A stretch of DNA of 49,383 nucleotides, taken from a virus. Its lineage: Duplodnaviria; Caudoviricetes. The position numbers and the translations under genes were made by a program. Below are positions 45,452 through 49,383 of the stretch, piece after piece. The notes beneath the pieces were generated by a model, which saw only the letters and a list, made by a program, of their open reading frames with translations, had not been told where the DNA came from and ran no database searches. The stretch's first letter is position 1, and the number at the start of each line of letters is the position of its first letter. The stretch lies in IMG/VR virus record IMGVR_UViG_3300027533_000006, positions 1-49,383 of that record; one strand, 5' to 3'.

Positions 45452-47161
45452 TTAGTACCCGGTCGTCGTGTTCCGAGTGGCCGCGCGGGCCCGTTCGTTC
45501 AACTGGTCACGTCGTGATGCCCCCGTATCACGCACGTCCCTTGAGTTGCCTAGGAGCTCGATGCACGCGGCAACGCTGTCCACGAGGTCATTTAGGGGCA
45601 TCATTGGAAACCCTTTCATCTCCTCGCGCAGGTCCGTGAGGCCGCGTCGCACACACAAGAAGCGAGATTCACAGAAGGGGATAAGGGTGCGGATCCGATT
45701 GTCCTTATCCCCGACCGGACTTTGCTCTTGCACCGCGAAGTGGTACCCCAGTTCCCGCATCGCGTGGTAGATGGGGAACTTGAGCAGGCGCATGAAGCCC
45801 ACGTCCTCCACCGCCGCCTTGTGACAGCGCCATCGTTGGTGCATGCCGATAAACTTGGTCACGCAGAGCTCGGGCTTCTTGTGCAGAGCGAACGTGTCCA
45901 GCACGAAGATGCGGCCCTTACGATCCTTTGCCACGACCGCGATGGCGTTACGAGAGTGCTTGCGGATGTCTTCTGACCTGTTCGCCGGATCCCAGAAGAT
46001 GACGCGCTTGAGACCATCCATGTCCACTATTTCGCGCGTGCCATCTTCCCTGTCCAACACGATATGGCCTTCCTGGTCGAAGGTGAACCACAGCACGTCG
46101 TTCAGGTTGAACTCGGCGTTCTTAGGGTCCTTGGGGTCATTCATGTAGAGCATGGAGAACATGAACGAGCCCTGCTTCGCCTCGATGCGGGCACAGGTAT
46201 CGGGAGGGAAGTGTCGTGGGAAGTAGTAGTACGTCTTCTCCGGATCGGGGGCGAAGACCTCCGGATCCATGTTGTAAGTGGGGGGTCTCGCTTCCTCCTC
46301 CGCGTTCCGAAAGTCCTGCTCCAGCATCTGGCGGGTCCAGTACAGGGGCCTGACCATGATATCGGTGTCGCGGTGCTGATTGGCCATGATCTCCGAGTAG
46401 AGATCATCTACCCCCCACCTAGTCCCGACCATCAACTCGTAGCCCTCCCGTTCCTCCACGAAGAGGGCCTCCGCTGTCTTGTAGAACGTCTTCACCTTCT
46501 CCCGGACGGCGGGCTGCTCGCTGCTCTGCTTATCCTCGCTGTCGTCCCCGATCTGGATCGTGTAGTGCCGGGACACGATGTGGGTGGTGATCCCAGCCGC
46601 CTCGATGCTGTCCTCCCCATACATGCCTTCCCTGGGAAAGAGGAGGTTGGTGTCGCTCCACTTGGTCCGAGTGATGTCGGGAATGATCGAGGGGAAGAGC
46701 CAACGTAGGTTCTCGTTACGCTCCACCTGCTGCTTGATGCTGCGGATCTGCTTGACAGCGTTATCCGCGGCGAAGCTGTAGAGCAGGATCCTGTGCTCGG
46801 GTCCAGGGAGCCCGCAGAAGTCGTCTTGGATTTGGACCCAGAGAGGGAAGCTCTTCGATGCGACCGTGCTCTTGTAGCAGTCCCGGGGTACCAGGAGTAG
46901 CTTCCGCCGCTTGGCCGAAGGCCACTTGGGAGGCACCTGCTGGATGAAGTTGCACATCTCCAAGTGAGGTTGGGGTTCGAACTTGTTCCATCCGAGCACC
47001 GCCGTAGTGAAGAAGTACAGGCTGTCCTGAGCCCTTCTTCGTGTGGTCTCGTAGATCTCGTCGACCCTCGACTCTGAGTGCATCGTCAAGGGTTCCGAGG
47101 GTGCCTGGTTCACGCCGACCAGGCGATCGAGTTGAGCCTGTCTATCTAGGATGTCCATCAC
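45452..47161 (-). CDS. terL: Terminase large subunit
   Basis: VPRDCYKST Walker A, IGDD Walker B, GTRW, WDPA and D.VD nuclease motifs. Confidence 0.92.
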   Translation of the reverse strand: MMDILDRQAQLDRLVGVNQAPSEPLTMHSESRVDEIYETTRRRAQDSLYFFTTAVLGWNKFEPQPHLEMCNFIQQVPPKWPSAKRRKLLLVPRDCYKSTVASKSFPLWVQIQDDFCGLPGPEHRILLYSFAADNAVKQIRSIKQQVERNENLRWLFPSIIPDITRTKWSDTNLLFPREGMYGEDSIEAAGITTHIVSRHYTIQIGDDSEDKQSSEQPAVREKVKTFYKTAEALFVEEREGYELMVGTRWGVDDLYSEIMANQHRDTDIMVRPLYWTRQMLEQDFRNAEEEARPPTYNMDPEVFAPDPEKTYYYFPRHFPPDTCARIEAKQGSFMFSMLYMNDPKDPKNAEFNLNDVLWFTFDQEGHIVLDREDGTREIVDMDGLKRVIFWDPANRSEDIRKHSRNAIAVVAKDRKGRIFVLDTFALHKKPELCVTKFIGMHQRWRCHKAAVEDVGFMRLLKFPIYHAMRELGYHFAVQEQSPVGDKDNRIRTLIPFCESRFLCVRRGLTDLREEMKGFPMMPLNDLVDSVAACIELLGNSRDVRDTGASRRDQLNERARAATRNTTTGY

Positions 47162-47770
47162 TTATCCCGTGGGCCCGAAGGGCCCCGTCTTTTCCATGTG
47201 GACATCCACCACAACATCAGGGCTACGGGGATCAGGAGAAGGAGGAAGGCCATGGGAAGAGTTACCCCCCACCAAGATTGGCGCTTCACCTGCCTCGGTG
47301 GCACGCCGATTCAGCATTTCCAGGAGCTCCGGCGTGAGCATCATGACCTGGGCCCGCGTTTCCACTTTGCGGGTCGCGACGTATCCCGCACGATCGAGCG
47401 CGTCATGCGCTATTTGGGTGAGAAGTTTCTCGTCAGTTGTGTTCTCGACGATGTCTTGGAGCCGGTCAAACATGTCGATCGCGAAATCCGAGAGCTCTTC
47501 CTTGAATTGACGGCGCTCCCTCAGCGATCCACCGGCCGGGAGTTGAGAGGGCAGCGCGGATTGGGAGAAGAAAGTCTGGATGTACCAGGCCTGGAAGCGC
47601 TGAAACTCGGGCTTTTTGCGCCAGGTGCGGATCGTAGCGGGCGAAACTCCCACAGTTTGGGCGAGTTCTGGCACCGTAGCGCCGGGCACATCGCAGACCG
47701 TCGCCATGAGAAGGTGCCAACCTGGCGGAACGTACTCGCCGTACACTGGAACTGGAGCGTGTGTAGACAT
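47162..47770 (-). CDS. terS: Terminase small subunit
   Basis: HTH ELAQTVGVSPATIRTW..KPEF; ALDRAG motif; upstream of terL; start ATG 47770. Confidence 0.8.
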   Translation of the reverse strand: MSTHAPVPVYGEYVPPGWHLLMATVCDVPGATVPELAQTVGVSPATIRTWRKKPEFQRFQAWYIQTFFSQSALPSQLPAGGSLRERRQFKEELSDFAIDMFDRLQDIVENTTDEKLLTQIAHDALDRAGYVATRKVETRAQVMMLTPELLEMLNRRATEAGEAPILVGGNSSHGLPPSPDPRSPDVVVDVHMEKTGPFGPTG

Positions 47771-47926
47771 AAAGAGCGCCCCTTTGGTGGGGGGTACGCC
47801 GATCCGAATTAGGGATAATGGGATTATACCTCGTCCGTAGGTCGGATTACACCCTGAGTGTGTGATTGAGGACACTGACTTAGAGAGCCATGTGTGAAAT
47901 CCCCACCGAAATGAGAGAGGGTGGAA

Positions 47927-47949
47927 ACCAGATGCTGGAAGCATCTGGT
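47927..47949. promoter_or_regulatory. Perfect palindrome in the divergent intergenic region
   Basis: ACCAGATGCT-gga-AGCATCTGGT. Confidence 0.45.
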
Positions 47950-48058
47950 CTGGGGGTGGGGCGTATGTCTGTGTCTGTATGTAGATGTATCGATGAGTGA
48001 AGTGTGGTGGTACGATCGTGAGTACTGTATATGGTCATTGTGTTTAAGGAGAGTGTGT

Positions 48059-48223
48059 ATGCTTACGTTTCTGTTGATCATGTTACGTCAGGAAATCGTT
48101 GCTGCGACATCGTCCGGGTTCCAGTGGTTCCTTCTTTCACTGATCGTCGTCGAGCTCACGGTCGAACTGGGGTATTACGTAATGGTTGTGGACCGTTGGG
48201 GAGGCGGGGTTGATCGAGATTAG
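48059..48223 (+). CDS. Small membrane protein (54 aa)
   Basis: RBS AAGGAG before ATG 48059; hydrophobic. Confidence 0.5.
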   Translation: MLTFLLIMLRQEIVAATSSGFQWFLLSLIVVELTVELGYYVMVVDRWGGGVDRD

Positions 48224-48289
48224 GTGGTACTTGAAATTGAGGTAGTTGTGGTAGTTATGTTTTTGGTTTGTGTTAATTAGGAGGTAGTG

Positions 48290-48472
48290 ATGGAAAAGAA
48301 GAATTGGGTTGAAGAAGGGTTTGTGAAGAAGAGTGTTGAGATGTTGGTTAGGAGGAATGGGAAGTTTTTGCAGGTGGTGGTAGTTGGGAAGGATGGTAAG
48401 GAAGGTTATTTTTTGATGAGTGAGGTTGTTGAGTTTTGGGATGTTAGAGAGAAGAAAGGGTTTGAGTTGTAG
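48290..48472 (+). CDS. Cytosine-free early gene (60 aa; GTG 48287 is an alternative start)
   Basis: RBS TAGGAGGT, open frame and downstream terminator; only one C (Gln codon CAG at 48371). Confidence 0.8.
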   Translation: MEKKNWVEEGFVKKSVEMLVRRNGKFLQVVVVGKDGKEGYFLMSEVVEFWDVREKKGFEL

Positions 48473-48477
48473 GAGGG

Positions 48478-48511
48478 AAAAAGCTAGCTGAAAAGCTAGC
48501 TTTTTTTTTTT
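48478..48511 (+). terminator. Rho-independent (possibly bidirectional) terminator
   Basis: AAAAAGCTAGC-tgaaaa-GCTAGCTTTTTTTTTTT. Confidence 0.88.
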
Positions 48512-48596
48512 GTAAGGCTGTGGTAATTCGATCCGTGGCCTTTCGTCTGGCAACGCCCCTCAAGCCCTTAGCCCGTCGCCCCTGCACCCCACTCGC

Positions 48597-48625
48597 TTGA
48601 CGTTGGGGTTAAATTGTGATAGTAT
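48597..48625 (+). promoter_or_regulatory. Sigma70-like promoter (TTGACG-17-TAGTAT, extended -10)
   Basis: Consensus spacing, upstream of RBS AAGGAGG. Confidence 0.7.
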
Positions 48626-48651
48626 GTGGTTATTTGTGAAGGAGGATAGAT

Positions 48652-48873
48652 ATGGACGAAGGCAATATATCGATCGTGTTGCTTCGGAGTACAGTCGTAC
48701 TCAAGAAGATCTGCGGACACGACACGATCGTCGTATGCGGCGTGTGTCCGACATGCGGGGCGAAGATCGACTTCCTGGTCACGGTGTACAGCGATCAGAC
48801 ACCTGAGGAGGCATTCGAACAGTTCTGGCGAACGGTAGAGCTCGACTGTCCGCGAGGAGAGGATCATGAATAA
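48652..48873 (+). CDS. Cys-rich hypothetical protein (73 aa)
   Basis: RBS AAGGAGG; CPTCG. Confidence 0.75.
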   Translation: MDEGNISIVLLRSTVVLKKICGHDTIVVCGVCPTCGAKIDFLVTVYSDQTPEEAFEQFWRTVELDCPRGEDHE

Positions 48874-49042
48874 GCGGATGGAGTACGAGCACTGGAAACA
48901 GATGGTCGACAAGATCATCATTCGTACGATCGGCATCGACTCGGAAGGGATACCGGACTACGACTACACTAAGGCGTACAACTACGGATGGACGCCTACT
49001 CGGACGGCAACGGCAGCAATCGCAGCAGCGAGGAGATTCTAA
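48866..49042 (+). CDS. Small hypothetical protein (58 aa, MNKRMEYEHWKQMVDK...)
   Basis: RBS AGGAG; W...VD....G...IPD.DY...Y..G.TP pattern. Confidence 0.7.
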   Translation: MNKRMEYEHWKQMVDKIIIRTIGIDSEGIPDYDYTKAYNYGWTPTRTATAAIAAARRF

Positions 49043-49043
49043 C

Positions 49044-49286
49044 ATGGCAAACAAGGTCAACAACCCGGATTGGCGTGAGGCGACAGTGATTCCCGACTCA
49101 CTCGTCTCGACGGATGAGATCATCGACAAGACGACGCAGATCCACTTCTTCAGCGACGGCGACATGACGCCGGAGCGCATCGAGGCCATCTTCTCTCAGG
49201 GCTTGACTGTGGATCCGCATCGGATCTCCGCAGTCTGCGTGACGGAGACGATCAAGACCACGTTCCGGATGTCGAGGAAGGCCTGA
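49044..49286 (+). CDS. Hypothetical protein (80 aa)
   Basis: RBS AGGAG; packed. Confidence 0.75.
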   Translation: MANKVNNPDWREATVIPDSLVSTDEIIDKTTQIHFFSDGDMTPERIEAIFSQGLTVDPHRISAVCVTETIKTTFRMSRKA

Positions 49287-49383
49287 TGGGCTGGGGCGAA
49301 GGTCCTTTCTCCAGCGTCACGGTCGTGATCGCGATCGTCTGGCTGATCTGCATCGTACTGAGCGGACGACAGGGGGTGAAATA
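49257..49383. repeat. Terminal direct repeat, right copy
   Basis: Identical to 1-127. Confidence 0.95.

Larger units (their letters stand above)
1585..47796. repeat. Dispersed 12-mer ACCCCCCACCAA / TTGGTGGGGGGT, 22 exact copies
   Basis: Starts at 1585, 1689, 1726, 3020, 3035, 3316, 5193, 5224, 5883, 8816, 10763, 10782, 11550, 12153, 12645, 13345, 17852, 18825, 39501, 45325, 47264, 47784; one-mismatch copies at about 13395 and 46410. Confidence 0.95.

Noticed and set aside
1585-47796. Dispersed 12-mer as a CRISPR array, with 7872-8798 as Cas4 of a CRISPR system
   Set aside because: The repeats are too short, irregularly spaced and in both orientations. The nuclease sits in a standard exonuclease-Sak4-SSB recombination module.
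48137-48553. 138-aa minus-strand ORF over the C-free tract
   Set aside because: It is a by-product of the G-free strand, where TAG and TGA cannot occur. RBS and terminator support the + strand gene.

Overview
The window is a complete, circularly assembled ~49.26 kb dsDNA phage genome. Bases 1-127 repeat exactly at 49257-49383, and it is GC-rich with no recognisable integrase. It has two convergent arms. The + strand arm (about 48.0 kb through the join to 18.86 kb) carries small early genes, a full 7-deazaguanine (preQ0) set (folE, queD, queE, queC, and a divergent DpdA/TGT-like protein), a DUF5664-type dNTP diphosphohydrolase, a nucleotidyltransferase, a recombination module (Cas4/AddB-like nuclease, Sak4-like ATPase, DUF669 SSB), a GroES-like protein, a UDG-PolA fusion and a DUF3987 helicase-like protein. 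The - strand arm (47.77 to 18.84 kb) is a podovirus-type morphogenesis operon: terminases, portal, scaffold, capsid, adaptor/nozzle, several modular collagen fibres, a GNAT and large internal virion proteins. Three sequence signals are not explained by the gene list. (1) A 253-nt stretch (48231-48483) containing a whole gene has only one C on the coding strand, so its template strand is essentially G-free, in a phage that probably modifies its guanines. (2) There are 22 exact copies of the 12-mer ACCCCCCACCAA/TTGGTGGGGGGT, on both strands, inside genes in several frames and as four inverted pairs. (3) A 57-bp imperfect inverted repeat flanks an (AT)n-rich core at 685-947, a candidate origin. 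All functional calls come from motif recognition by eye; no database search was run.
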